Of a stretch of 64,000 nucleotides of DNA, positions 29,740 through 39,359 are shown piece by piece. The notes beneath the pieces are model-generated. The model was not told where the DNA came from and ran no database searches. It saw only the letters and a program-made list of their open reading frames with translations. The DNA comes from Patescibacteria group bacterium (GTDB taxonomy: Bacteria > Patescibacteriota > Dojkabacteria > J137): assembly GCA_963169855.1 (NCBI GenBank), contig CAUJCN010000001.1:175645-239644 (forward strand). Direction: 5' to 3'. A program made the translations under genes and the position numbers. Within the stretch, counting starts at the first letter, position 1; every line of letters starts with the position of its first letter.

Positions 29740-32230
29740 TTAATTTACTTAATAAAATTGATAATAAAACTCCAATCATTCCTACAATTAGCACTATCTG
29801 AATCTGAGAAAAGTCTATTCTTACAACATTATAGTATGTTCTCCAAGGGAAAAGAAATAGAAGCCCTGCCGCTACCAACCCAACAACGTTTATCATAATA
29901 ATCTTCTTAACCGACTTAAGTCCTAAGCTCCATTGAATGTATGTAAAACAGAGAAGTCCCAACCCAACTGTTGCAATTATAGTAGCAACATTTCCAGTTA
30001 AATCTTCCAAATTTACAGGTAAGACTGTTTGATAAGTTCCAAGAATCATTAGGAAAATGAAAATAGCGATAGAGTTTAGCGGCTTTAGTTTCTTAGCGTT
30101 CAGTAATATAAACAATGAGTAAACAACACTCAAAGATAAAATCATCAAAACTAGAGAAGTATTAATTTGATCGTATGATAAATCCAACGCTTTTAGATAT
30201 AAGAAGTAACCGAAGGTTACAACAGTCATAATGACTGCAAATGGAACGGAAGAGTAGAGAACTTCCTCGAAGAAGTTTCTTTTTGATTTTACTTTCTGTC
30301 TTGTAAGAATTACTGCGTAACTCGGCGCACTACTTCCTAAGAAACTAAAAATCAATGTTGATGATGGATGTATTGGAAGATAATATCCAAGCAAAGCTAA
30401 GGTTAACACAAAGAATACTGCCAAGAAAGATTTGTTCAAAAACATTTTTGTAGAAATCTTTAAGTTGTGAAGAATGTTTTCTCCTTCGTAAAAGATTTCA
30501 GGAACTTTTGCATAATCGTTGTTCAACAATACAATGTCAGAAACGTCCCTAGCCACTTTAGCTCCACTTTCTACAGATATTGCTACATCAGAAGCTTTTA
30601 ACGCAAGTACATCATTAATTCCATCTCCAACCATTGCAACTCTGTGTCCTGAATTTTGAAGAGTTTCGATAATTCTCAATTTATCTTCAGGCTTGGATCT
30701 TGTGAATACATCGTATTCTTCAATCACTTTACTGTCTAATTGAACTTCGCTTAGATCAACAATTTTCAAATCCAGAATATTTAATCTGCTCAGAATTCTT
30801 GAAACCGCAACTTTACTATCTCCAGAAATAATTTTGACGCGAATATCTTGAGAGTAGAAGTCATCCAGAGTTTTCGCTATACCTGGATTAACATCTTCTT
30901 CAATCACAAAAATGATCGCTTTATCTGCTGTGAAATCTAGTTCCTTTACAATTTTGTGACTGAATAACGCAAGAACAACTCTGTATCCTTTGTCTTCATA
31001 ATGTTTTAGTTTTCTTTCTACATCTGCTTTTATTTTCTTATCGATACTATTTTCTAACGCTGCAAATGCACCAATTGTTAATGTAACAGGTTCACCATCG
31101 ATTTCTCCAGATGTCTGGCTATATTTCTGTTTTGATGTGAATGGAATTTGATCGAAGTTCTTAACAGTCTGAACTTCGTAGTCTTTATAATGATTTCCAA
31201 TTGTTTCCTGAGTTTTATTTACTCCAACTAGTTTTGTTGAAATTGATTTGTAATAACGACCTAATAGTTCTACATCTACATCGTTGAAGGTTTCTACTTC
31301 TATCAACTTCATATTATTAGTTGTGATTGTTCCCGTTTTATCCAAACAAATCACATCGATATTTGCGAGATCCTCGATGCTTCCTCCTTTCTGAATTAAG
31401 ACGCCTTTTCTATACAATCTGATAATCGAAATCGTGAATGTAAGTGTAAATAGGAAAATCAAAGTCTGAGGAATAATTAAACTGATTGCTGTTGTTAAAG
31501 AAAGTAAAGATTTAACCTGACTTTCACCTAAACTAATTGATGATGCGTATGTAATTGCACTCGTTACAATCGATGCGATTACTAAGAATAAAATCATTTT
31601 GTCTCCATTTTTTTGAAGAACGCTTTTCTTTTCTTTATATTTTGTAGCTTCGGAACCTAGTTTATTTAGGTAGTTTGATTTTCCAACGTTTTCAGCAATA
31701 TAAACACAATCTCCAGTTACAACAAAACTAGCAGATAAAACCTTATCTTTAATTTCTTTCTGAAGATAATTTGATTCTCCTGTAAGCATCGATTCATCAA
31801 TCTGAAGATAATTTGAGTAAACAATTTCTCCGTCCGCAACAATATTTTCTCCTTCTTTTACAGCAATATAATCTCCTTTAACAATTTGATTTACAGGGAT
31901 TTCGATTCGCTGAGAATCTCGGATAACTGTAGCCGTGATTTGAAATTGAGATTTAAGTTTATCTAAAGTTCTTTTAGCTCGAATTTCGTCTGCAGCAGAA
32001 ATGATTGTGTTGATAAACACGAATACAATAAATGCCAAAACTTCTCTGAACAGTCCAAAAGCAACTAAAGCAATCAGCAATGGAACAACAACTATGTTAA
32101 TTATGCTGAAAATATTTCGAATAATAATCCTCGTGTATCCAGGAGTGTACGAATCAATTACCTGGTTGGACAATCCCAGCTTTTTTCTTTTTTGTACTTC
32201 GATGGTTGAAAGTCCTTCAAAATTTTCCAT
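29723..32230 (-). CDS. P-type cation-transporting ATPase (type II, Ca2+/Mg2+-like)
   Basis: TGES, DKTGTIT phosphorylation site, GDGINDVLAL hinge, 8-10 TM helices. Confidence 0.85.
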   Translation of the reverse strand: MENFEGLSTIEVQKRKKLGLSNQVIDSYTPGYTRIIIRNIFSIINIVVVPLLIALVAFGLFREVLAFIVFVFINTIISAADEIRAKRTLDKLKSQFQITATVIRDSQRIEIPVNQIVKGDYIAVKEGENIVADGEIVYSNYLQIDESMLTGESNYLQKEIKDKVLSASFVVTGDCVYIAENVGKSNYLNKLGSEATKYKEKKSVLQKNGDKMILFLVIASIVTSAITYASSISLGESQVKSLLSLTTAISLIIPQTLIFLFTLTFTISIIRLYRKGVLIQKGGSIEDLANIDVICLDKTGTITTNNMKLIEVETFNDVDVELLGRYYKSISTKLVGVNKTQETIGNHYKDYEVQTVKNFDQIPFTSKQKYSQTSGEIDGEPVTLTIGAFAALENSIDKKIKADVERKLKHYEDKGYRVVLALFSHKIVKELDFTADKAIIFVIEEDVNPGIAKTLDDFYSQDIRVKIISGDSKVAVSRILSRLNILDLKIVDLSEVQLDSKVIEEYDVFTRSKPEDKLRIIETLQNSGHRVAMVGDGINDVLALKASDVAISVESGAKVARDVSDIVLLNNDYAKVPEIFYEGENILHNLKISTKMFLNKSFLAVFFVLTLALLGYYLPIHPSSTLIFSFLGSSAPSYAVILTRQKVKSKRNFFEEVLYSSVPFAVIMTVVTFGYFLYLKALDLSYDQINTSLVLMILSLSVVYSLFILLNAKKLKPLNSIAIFIFLMILGTYQTVLPVNLEDLTGNVATIIATVGLGLLCFTYIQWSLGLKSVKKIIMINVVGLVAAGLLFLFPWRTYYNVVRIDFSQIQIVLIVGMIGVLLSILLSKLNESRA

Positions 32231-32324
32231 AAATCATTAAAGCTAAAAGGTGATAAGGCTAAAAGACGAAAAATTAAATCTTTCATCTTTTTAATTTCTA
32301 GCCTTTCCTGTAAATGTTATCATA

Positions 32325-33191
32325 ATGCATATGTACAGAATAGAGCAGTTAATCAAAGAGGAGGCACTTTTCTACACAATAGACGAGGTCGATTCTATTC
32401 AAATAATTGATATTTACAGCCTAGATCAGGAAGTTTCTGACGCATTGAGCGAACGAATAAAGAGTACCGAAAATGTAGTTGTGAATGTTAAATCTAGAGG
32501 TTTGTTGGACTCAGAATCCGATAATCACTTGGGAGAGATCTTCAAGATTATGAAACAAGCTGATTTCGATTCTTACGTAAAAGGAACTGTTCCTGAGTTT
32601 GCTATTTTACGAGAGGAAAATGTTTCTTTAAAGTTTGATTTTGTTCACTCAGAAAAAAATCCACAGTTATTCAAATATAGGTTGAGACAGACAATTGCAG
32701 AGTATTCTAAGAACAAAAGGGTATTAAACATGTTCCCAGGAATTTCTGATTTAACTGCTGCAGCGATTGGTGGCGAAGCAACGCATGTAGTTGAGTTTTC
32801 TGATTTTGCTCTGAAGGAACAATCTGATTTTACTAAAAACTTGAATGATGTTTCTGATAAAGTCCAACAGATTGAAGGAGATTTTGAGTCTGCAATGCAA
32901 GCTTTGGAGCAACCTTATCAGCGATTCGAACTTATTATCGCAGAACTAAGTGTTTTGGAAAGATATTTTCCCGAGGCTTCTACATCTTTCAAAGAGAATC
33001 ATAAGAATACTATTCGAAATATGCAGCACATGCAGTTGGAGCAAAACGGTATTTTGATTCTTGTTTCTGATGATTTGAATTTCCATCTGGATAGCTATAT
33101 CAGACCTGGAGCGGATAGACTAACTAAATACTTGAGTGGGAAAGAGTATGGTGAACAGAAGCAGTTTCATGCGTACGCGTTTTATAAATAG
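32325..33191 (+). CDS. hypothetical protein
   Basis: 288-aa ORF. Confidence 0.4.
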   Translation: MHMYRIEQLIKEEALFYTIDEVDSIQIIDIYSLDQEVSDALSERIKSTENVVVNVKSRGLLDSESDNHLGEIFKIMKQADFDSYVKGTVPEFAILREENVSLKFDFVHSEKNPQLFKYRLRQTIAEYSKNKRVLNMFPGISDLTAAAIGGEATHVVEFSDFALKEQSDFTKNLNDVSDKVQQIEGDFESAMQALEQPYQRFELIIAELSVLERYFPEASTSFKENHKNTIRNMQHMQLEQNGILILVSDDLNFHLDSYIRPGADRLTKYLSGKEYGEQKQFHAYAFYK

Positions 33192-33246
33192 TATCAATCC
33201 ATTAGCTAAGCAGAGATTAATTCTCGCTGACACGTTTTTCCCGAAT

Positions 33247-33272
33247 CGTCACATCTGCAAATGCAGGTGTCT
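33247..33272. repeat. hairpin inverted-repeat arm, left flank of second GIY-YIG gene
   Basis: CGTCACATCTGCAAATGCAGGTGTCT, internally palindromic. Confidence 0.65.
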
Positions 33273-33338
33273 CCTAAAAGAAGACGATTTTGTATCATAG
33301 AACAATGCTACTTATGCAACGACATAGTAAACTGCGTT

Positions 33339-33629
33339 ATGAGAAGTGGATACGTTTACATAATCAGCAACAGAATTTGTACAGTACTGTACATAGGAGT
33401 CACTAACAATCTAGTGCGACGTATCCAAGAACACAGAGATAATAAAACCGTAACCTCATTTTCATATAGATACAACATTAACAGACTTTTATACTTTGAA
33501 TATTATGAACGAATCAGTGATGCTATCGTTCGGGAGAAACAATTGAAAAAATGGAAACGTTCTTGGAAGTTAAAGTTAATAATAGAACTGAATCCTGCAT
33601 TCGAAGATTTGTTTAAGAATTTGCTTTAA
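33339..33629 (+). CDS. GIY-YIG nuclease family protein (COG2827/YhbQ-like)
   Basis: YVYIISNRICTVLYIGVTNNLVRRIQEH; start taken at MRSGYVY because ORF-track ATG 33261 lies inside the flanking hairpin. Confidence 0.6.
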   Translation: MRSGYVYIISNRICTVLYIGVTNNLVRRIQEHRDNKTVTSFSYRYNINRLLYFEYYERISDAIVREKQLKKWKRSWKLKLIIELNPAFEDLFKNLL

Positions 33630-33635
33630 CCCAAA

Positions 33636-33661
33636 AGACACCTGCATCCGCAGGTGTGACG
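33636..33661. repeat. hairpin inverted-repeat arm, right flank of second GIY-YIG gene
   Basis: AGACACCTGCATCCGCAGGTGTGACG; reverse complement matches left arm at 23/26 positions. Confidence 0.65.
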
Positions 33662-33711
33662 TTACTCATAAAACTGTTTTCTATTGAATGACTTCGTGGA
33701 AAGCCAAGATG

Positions 33712-35067
33712 TTACACTTCGAAGTTTTTTCCTCTAGCACCTTTTGTTAACTCAACTGGAAGATACCTTTCGAAACCTGGATCTTGTTTGTAAAGTGTTA
33801 GTAGTTTCTGCGCTGATGCAGGATCTCCAGTTCTTAGATACTTTACTTTTAGAGAGAAAAAGTAAGTATTCATCGCTTTCTTAATTTTTGGCAAATCGAT
33901 TTCCTTTTTTGACTTTCCAAGAACGTGGATTCTTTTTTCTAGCATTAGTAAATGCCAGTCTAGTTCTTCATCTGTATATTTTTCTAAATCATCTCCAATA
34001 TAGCTAGATAAGTCATCTCCAAAAACCAAAGTCAGCATTTCTATATCTGATGTTGTCAATTTAGAAATCAGTTTAACCATTTCTGATCCAAAGTATTTAT
34101 TCTTGAATGTTCTAGAATTCACTATAGCTGATTTTATTAACTCCGCTACTAATTCTTTTTCTTCAGCTGTTAAGTGTAGAGAGAATTCTGCATATGCACC
34201 AATAAAAACATCCCAATTTCCAGAAACTTCCATAACTACTCTTAGGAAGCTGTCGAATTTTTCTGTAATTCTTGAACGAATAAGTGGTTTGCTAAGATAT
34301 TCATTTATGAAACCTTTAAATAAATTTTGAATATACTCAGGTTCTACATCTTCAAGAGTTTTGCCTCGAAGAAATCCTTCTGCAAATTCTCGATCTAGAT
34401 ATGCTCCTGTTTCGATCAATAGATCTGCAATTTCTCGTTTCATGTAAGGTATTTTAATACCTCCCCTTTCTAAAATCTTAATTGCATAGTAACGGTGATC
34501 CTCAGGACTCAAATTGGGAATAATATACTCAATCAAGAAAGCCTGATAATATTGAGCGGCAGAATATTGCAAGTTGCCACTATATGCTTCTCTGTATTTA
34601 TCAACTCCTATCTTCAAGATGATATTTTTGATCCCCTCTAGAATATGTGGATCTGGAATGAAACCCTTTTTGCCCGCATCACTAAATTTTGGTTTTATAG
34701 AGATTTCTAAGTTTTCTTCGTCAGGAACAACTACTTCTGTATCGATATGTTCAGGATTCTCAGGACTATTTCTTAGCAGATCTTCAAAAGATGTAATATG
34801 TGGAACAAGAACTTTATTTCCTTTCAGAATTTCGTTCATTTGATCTGGATTTATGTGTGGTGCTGGTACTCCGCCAGAACTTCGGAGTTGTGATTCAGCA
34901 TCATCTATAAGTGGATCTTCCATATACTTATTATAGCAGGCAATCGCCCATATCACAATACTGGTAGTAATTATAGGAGTTTCAAATCTCTGCGAATAGA
35001 AATTTCTGATAACCAGCGAATAATTCCTCAAAGAGTTTCCAAGTATCCTCATCGGGTCTTTTTGCAT
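33712..35067 (-). CDS. hypothetical protein (true start possibly at internal Met, nt 34923)
   Basis: 451-aa ORF; the first 48 codons overlap the upstream gene. Confidence 0.4.
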   Translation of the reverse strand: MQKDPMRILGNSLRNYSLVIRNFYSQRFETPIITTSIVIWAIACYNKYMEDPLIDDAESQLRSSGGVPAPHINPDQMNEILKGNKVLVPHITSFEDLLRNSPENPEHIDTEVVVPDEENLEISIKPKFSDAGKKGFIPDPHILEGIKNIILKIGVDKYREAYSGNLQYSAAQYYQAFLIEYIIPNLSPEDHRYYAIKILERGGIKIPYMKREIADLLIETGAYLDREFAEGFLRGKTLEDVEPEYIQNLFKGFINEYLSKPLIRSRITEKFDSFLRVVMEVSGNWDVFIGAYAEFSLHLTAEEKELVAELIKSAIVNSRTFKNKYFGSEMVKLISKLTTSDIEMLTLVFGDDLSSYIGDDLEKYTDEELDWHLLMLEKRIHVLGKSKKEIDLPKIKKAMNTYFFSLKVKYLRTGDPASAQKLLTLYKQDPGFERYLPVELTKGARGKNFEV

Positions 35068-35614
35068 TCAAAACTCGTCCAAATGCGGTTCTTATCAAGT
35101 CTGGATTATCAACCAAGTCACCTTTAGACTTTCTAAAATCTCTTCCGTACCTATCTTGGTCTACAAATCTTCGTAGGAATTCTTCAAGTCTCTTTAGCAG
35201 AAGAGAGTGTTGTTCAACTATTTGAGGTTTCTTGCGTCTATTTTCTCTAAACTCAGCTACAGTTTTCCTAATATATTTTTCTAACAACCCTTTCATCACC
35301 ATAGTTCTTTGCATTTGATAGGTTTCTACGTAATCGGCAACATCTGGAAACTTTTTATCGTAGTCTTTGTAATCATTTAAGTAAGCTACTCTATGTACAA
35401 CAAATTCCCCAAGTATCTGCAAGAATCGATCAGCAGGACACATGTCTATAAGATTGAGGGTGAGAACTTCCCCGCTGGTTGGGTGAATAGTGCCAGCGTG
35501 CCTTTCGATATATTCTCGGTAAGGTCCGTTTGGGAGGCTTGGTGTTTCAGGCATAGGGGAATTATAGCAGGGGACTAGATACAATTTTGAAAAAACTGCA
35601 CATATTGTTATCAT
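34982..35614 (-). CDS. hypothetical protein
   Basis: 210-aa ORF. Confidence 0.35.
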   Translation of the reverse strand: MITICAVFSKLYLVPCYNSPMPETPSLPNGPYREYIERHAGTIHPTSGEVLTLNLIDMCPADRFLQILGEFVVHRVAYLNDYKDYDKKFPDVADYVETYQMQRTMVMKGLLEKYIRKTVAEFRENRRKKPQIVEQHSLLLKRLEEFLRRFVDQDRYGRDFRKSKGDLVDNPDLIRTAFGRVLNAKRPDEDTWKLFEELFAGYQKFLFAEI

Positions 35615-35704
35615 GTAACGATTATTATATAAAAATAAATTATGAGCGACACAATAACAAAAACAACTGCTCCGGCTCCGGACTCAATAACTAAGAAATA
35701 AACT

Positions 35705-36217
35705 ATGGGAAGTAATCTATCATCAAAAGCAGAGCAGAACTTTGAGTACATGAGAGGTGTGTATCAAGATACATTGAATCATGAAAACAGTAATGAGCTA
35801 CATATTTATGATTACTTAAGCCTTTCTGCATCCATTCTATTAGGGATTTCAGCCCTAGATCTTATTGATGTTTCAAGTGACAGTGAAAAATTTATATTGA
35901 TGCTTTATCTCCTATCTCTTTCTGCTGTTTTGGGAATAGGTTTTTATGGGAGACTACAGATTTACAACTTTTGGAAGCAATGTAAAAAATTTGATTTAGA
36001 AAATGTAAATAACTGGAACAAGACCTCTTCAGAAATATCATCAGCTAAAGATGAGCAAGAGGCAAAATTAATATATAGCGGTGCAAAATCAACTGAGGCT
36101 TCTATATCACTGCTCAAACGTACTTCAACTAGTGATGGTATGATTTACGCGCAAGCCTTTTTTATGATGGTTAGCTTAGTCAGCTTGATAATTCTATTCA
36201 CAGTAAAACTTTGGTAA
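35705..36217 (+). CDS. membrane hypothetical protein
   Basis: 170 aa, 3 TM helices. Confidence 0.4.
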   Translation: MGSNLSSKAEQNFEYMRGVYQDTLNHENSNELHIYDYLSLSASILLGISALDLIDVSSDSEKFILMLYLLSLSAVLGIGFYGRLQIYNFWKQCKKFDLENVNNWNKTSSEISSAKDEQEAKLIYSGAKSTEASISLLKRTSTSDGMIYAQAFFMMVSLVSLIILFTVKLW

Positions 36218-36641
36218 CCCTACGTATTCATTTTGTGCTAGATCTATTATCTAAATATGAGCTTGTATTTAGAAACTGGTCAAAGTAATCAAAATCAGGG
36301 TAACTGATAGGAGTAATATTTGTTACTGGCGGACAAATGTCCATTTGCAATAAAGTGCTTTAATACAGTTATATAAGATTATCCAATTCAAACGCATCTA
36401 TGCCAAATAATACCTTTTGACAGAATTCATAGCTTGCATTTAAACTATTGTATTTAATTTCTACATTATAAAAACACCAACAGAACTAAAATTCATCGAC
36501 TTATTTGCTGGGATTGGAGGTACTAGAATAGCATTTGAGAATGCTTGTAATAGTTTCAACATCAAAGCTCATTGCGTATTTACGTCTGAAATAAAGCCGT
36601 CAGCGATCAAAGTTTATAAAGATAACTTCAACAATGACTAT

Positions 36642-37775
36642 GTGAATGGTGATGTAACAAAAATTGATAGTAGGGATATTCCAGATTTTGACTTTCTCCT
36701 TGCAGGATTTCCTTGTCAACCATTCAGTGCTGCAGGTAATAGAAAGGGATTTTTAGATACTAGAGGTACACTATTTTTCGAGATTGAAAGAATATTAAAA
36801 GAAAAAAAACCTCAAGGATTTCTTTTAGAAAACGTTGAAGGACTAGTCAACCATGATAAAATCGATCCTAAAGCAAAGATGGGTAGAACCCTTGAAACAA
36901 TTCTCACTAAACTCGATTTACTTGAATACAAAACCTCTTGGAAAGTTTTAGATTCTTCAGAATTTGGAGTTCCTCAAAAAAGAAAAAGAATATATATAGT
37001 AGGTCATAAGAAAACTGCCATTGATTTAGAAAACTTTCCTAAGACGAAATCAAAATTAGATGAAATTTTAGAAAAGGGACTCGATGTTCTAAATACACCG
37101 TTCACAAACAAATTGTTAAGCAAGTTTAATGTCAAGGAACTTTACGGTAAATCTATAAAAGATAAACGCGGCGGGAATGAAAATATTCATAGTTGGGAAT
37201 TAGAACTTAAAGGGTCGGTTAGTAAGTTTCAATCCGAGCTACTTAATATTTTGCTGAAAGAAAGAAGAAAAAAAATTTGGGCTGTCAAAAAAGGAATTCA
37301 TTGGATGGATGGAATGTCTTTAACATTAGCCGAGATTCAAAGTTTCTTACAACCCAATCTCTTTCAAGAAGATAATCTGAAATCTGAATTAGATGATCTT
37401 GTTACTAAAGGATATCTGGTTTTCGAACACCCTAAAGATCTCAACTCATCTGGAATAAGAGATTACAGATATGACTTAGAACCAGGTTATAACATTGTTT
37501 CTGGGAAATTAAGTTTTGAAATCAGCAAGATTCTAGATCCAAATGGAATTTCGCCTACTTTAGTTGCTACTGATATCGAAAAAATTGCCATCCCTGATAT
37601 TAACGGGGTAAGAAGGTTAACTACTAGAGAAGGATTGCGATTATTTGGGTTTCCTGAAGATTTTCGAATAGATGTAAAAAAACGAGAAGCTTATGATCTT
37701 CTAGGAAACACTGTGGTAGTAACTGTGGTGCAGAAGGTTGCAGAAAGGATACTACAAAGTATTGCCAGTATGTGA
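36642..37775 (+). CDS. DNA (cytosine-5)-methyltransferase; homology continues in frame upstream to about 36444 without an ATG/GTG/TTG
   Basis: PCQPFS (motif IV), ENV (VI), QKRKR (VIII), GNTVVVTV (X); in-frame upstream codons encode KFIDLFAGIGG (motif I). Confidence 0.75.
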   Translation: MNGDVTKIDSRDIPDFDFLLAGFPCQPFSAAGNRKGFLDTRGTLFFEIERILKEKKPQGFLLENVEGLVNHDKIDPKAKMGRTLETILTKLDLLEYKTSWKVLDSSEFGVPQKRKRIYIVGHKKTAIDLENFPKTKSKLDEILEKGLDVLNTPFTNKLLSKFNVKELYGKSIKDKRGGNENIHSWELELKGSVSKFQSELLNILLKERRKKIWAVKKGIHWMDGMSLTLAEIQSFLQPNLFQEDNLKSELDDLVTKGYLVFEHPKDLNSSGIRDYRYDLEPGYNIVSGKLSFEISKILDPNGISPTLVATDIEKIAIPDINGVRRLTTREGLRLFGFPEDFRIDVKKREAYDLLGNTVVVTVVQKVAERILQSIASM

Positions 37776-38435
37776 CAAGTAATTTTCTTTTACTTTTACT
37801 AACCAATCACTGCTTGCTAATGAAGTCTTGGGGTATTTCATCAGTACTGAATAAAGAGCTTCAACAAAAGACTTCCGAGAGTCGAAAATCTTAAACTTGC
37901 TTTTACCTGATGGATTTCTAAATATACTTGCAGGTCTTATATTATAAATGACGTCTCTTTTTATTTGAAATCTAATTGCGTATCTTTCTCCAGGACAAGT
38001 TATTTCCCATATTTTTTTTAAAAAAATATTATTAACTTTAAAGATCCCCTCTCTCAAAGTGTATGAGAATATAAGGTAATCAGCATCTAGTCTGTATGAA
38101 TCTGAAAGCAAGGAGTCACAGTAGGATTCAAAGTTCGCAATATCAAAGTTTGCGTCGCCGTCGTAATCGAAAACCTTTATTTCGAGAAGATCTTTGGTAG
38201 TGCTCAACGGAGACATGTAAAAGTCTGGAAATTCTTGAGTATTCTCAGGAGATGCTGCTTCAATACCACTTTGATTCATCCATGCCAGTAACCAATTTTG
38301 AAAAATGTACCCAACTGCACTTTTGTCAGTTAAAGTATTAGATACACCTAAAAAATCAAATCGAGATTGTCCAGAATTCTCAAGAATCCCACTTTCTTTT
38401 AGTCTTTTTACAAGTTCTTGCGCTGTAATAACCAT
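37752..38435 (-). CDS. putative type II restriction endonuclease (convergent partner of the MTase)
   Basis: 24-bp convergent overlap with MTase; candidate PD-(D/E)xK element D...LLEIKVFD. Confidence 0.4.
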   Translation of the reverse strand: MVITAQELVKRLKESGILENSGQSRFDFLGVSNTLTDKSAVGYIFQNWLLAWMNQSGIEAASPENTQEFPDFYMSPLSTTKDLLEIKVFDYDGDANFDIANFESYCDSLLSDSYRLDADYLIFSYTLREGIFKVNNIFLKKIWEITCPGERYAIRFQIKRDVIYNIRPASIFRNPSGKSKFKIFDSRKSFVEALYSVLMKYPKTSLASSDWLVKVKENYLSHTGNTL

Positions 38436-38550
38436 ATATCCTTGTTTATATGCATTAAGTATACTACATCAGGATGTGATTCGTGGATTGAATCTCTGAT
38501 ACTTTGAAGTTGCCATGAGTGTTTTTCTGGGTCTTATTCTGACATTCTTA

Positions 38551-39357
38551 CTATTGATTTGTTACTTCGTTTATGTACTTCATCAGAGAGGCTAGTTGAT
38601 AGATCAAGAATTCATTTTCTTCTTCAGATATATCTCCATCGTTATGTTTACTATTGTTATTAAAGAAATAATCAAGTTTTGAAAATGTTCCCATTATTAT
38701 TTCTCTAATGAATGCATCTCTGTTATCCTTTTTTAAAAGCTTTCCTAGTTCTACTATATTTTGTTTTAACCCTTTTTTATTTCCCAACTGTGATCTCAGA
38801 AATTCCTCTAACGATCTTCTTATAGATTCTGCAGATTTAATAAAATTCTTTTCGTAGTAGAATTTTAAAGCATCCAATAAATGCTTATTCGAGTTTCCAC
38901 TAAGAAAGGAAAGTGTAGTATCTACCTCCTCGTCTAAGAATTTCTCACCCTTAGGAACTGTAATTACTTGTTTTTTTAATACTTTTATATCAACCTCCAA
39001 CCTCGATAACTGTAAGGATCGGAGCAGACTTTTTATATAAAGGCCTCTTATGTGATCACTGGAAAACTCACTTCTAAAAATGATTTCAATCTTTCTGAAA
39101 AATTCAGCAATGTTATTTTCTACATCCAGACTGTCAGAAACATTTTTACTTATAGGTTCAGAAAAAGCATCATATCGATCAGGATCTTGCCACACTTCAT
39201 CTATAGCCAATTCCATACAGTATTGATACACTCCTAATTTTGTCATTGCTGAATCAATATTTTTAAAATCGTTCATCAATCTAATTTTAAATTTGCGGAA
39301 TTCATCTTCTGGATTAACTGTAGTATTAATTTTCCATCTACGATCAAAGTCCGACAT
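38551..39357 (-). CDS. hypothetical protein adjacent to R-M pair
   Basis: 268-aa ORF. Confidence 0.4.
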   Translation of the reverse strand: MSDFDRRWKINTTVNPEDEFRKFKIRLMNDFKNIDSAMTKLGVYQYCMELAIDEVWQDPDRYDAFSEPISKNVSDSLDVENNIAEFFRKIEIIFRSEFSSDHIRGLYIKSLLRSLQLSRLEVDIKVLKKQVITVPKGEKFLDEEVDTTLSFLSGNSNKHLLDALKFYYEKNFIKSAESIRRSLEEFLRSQLGNKKGLKQNIVELGKLLKKDNRDAFIREIIMGTFSKLDYFFNNNSKHNDGDISEEENEFLIYQLASLMKYINEVTNQ

Positions 39358-39359
39358 AT

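Noticed and set aside
33261-33338. Longer N-terminal extension of the second GIY-YIG ORF
   Set aside because: The ATG at 33261 lies inside the flanking hairpin repeat and the extension is Cys-rich junk; the conserved GIY-YIG domain starts at the Met at 33339.
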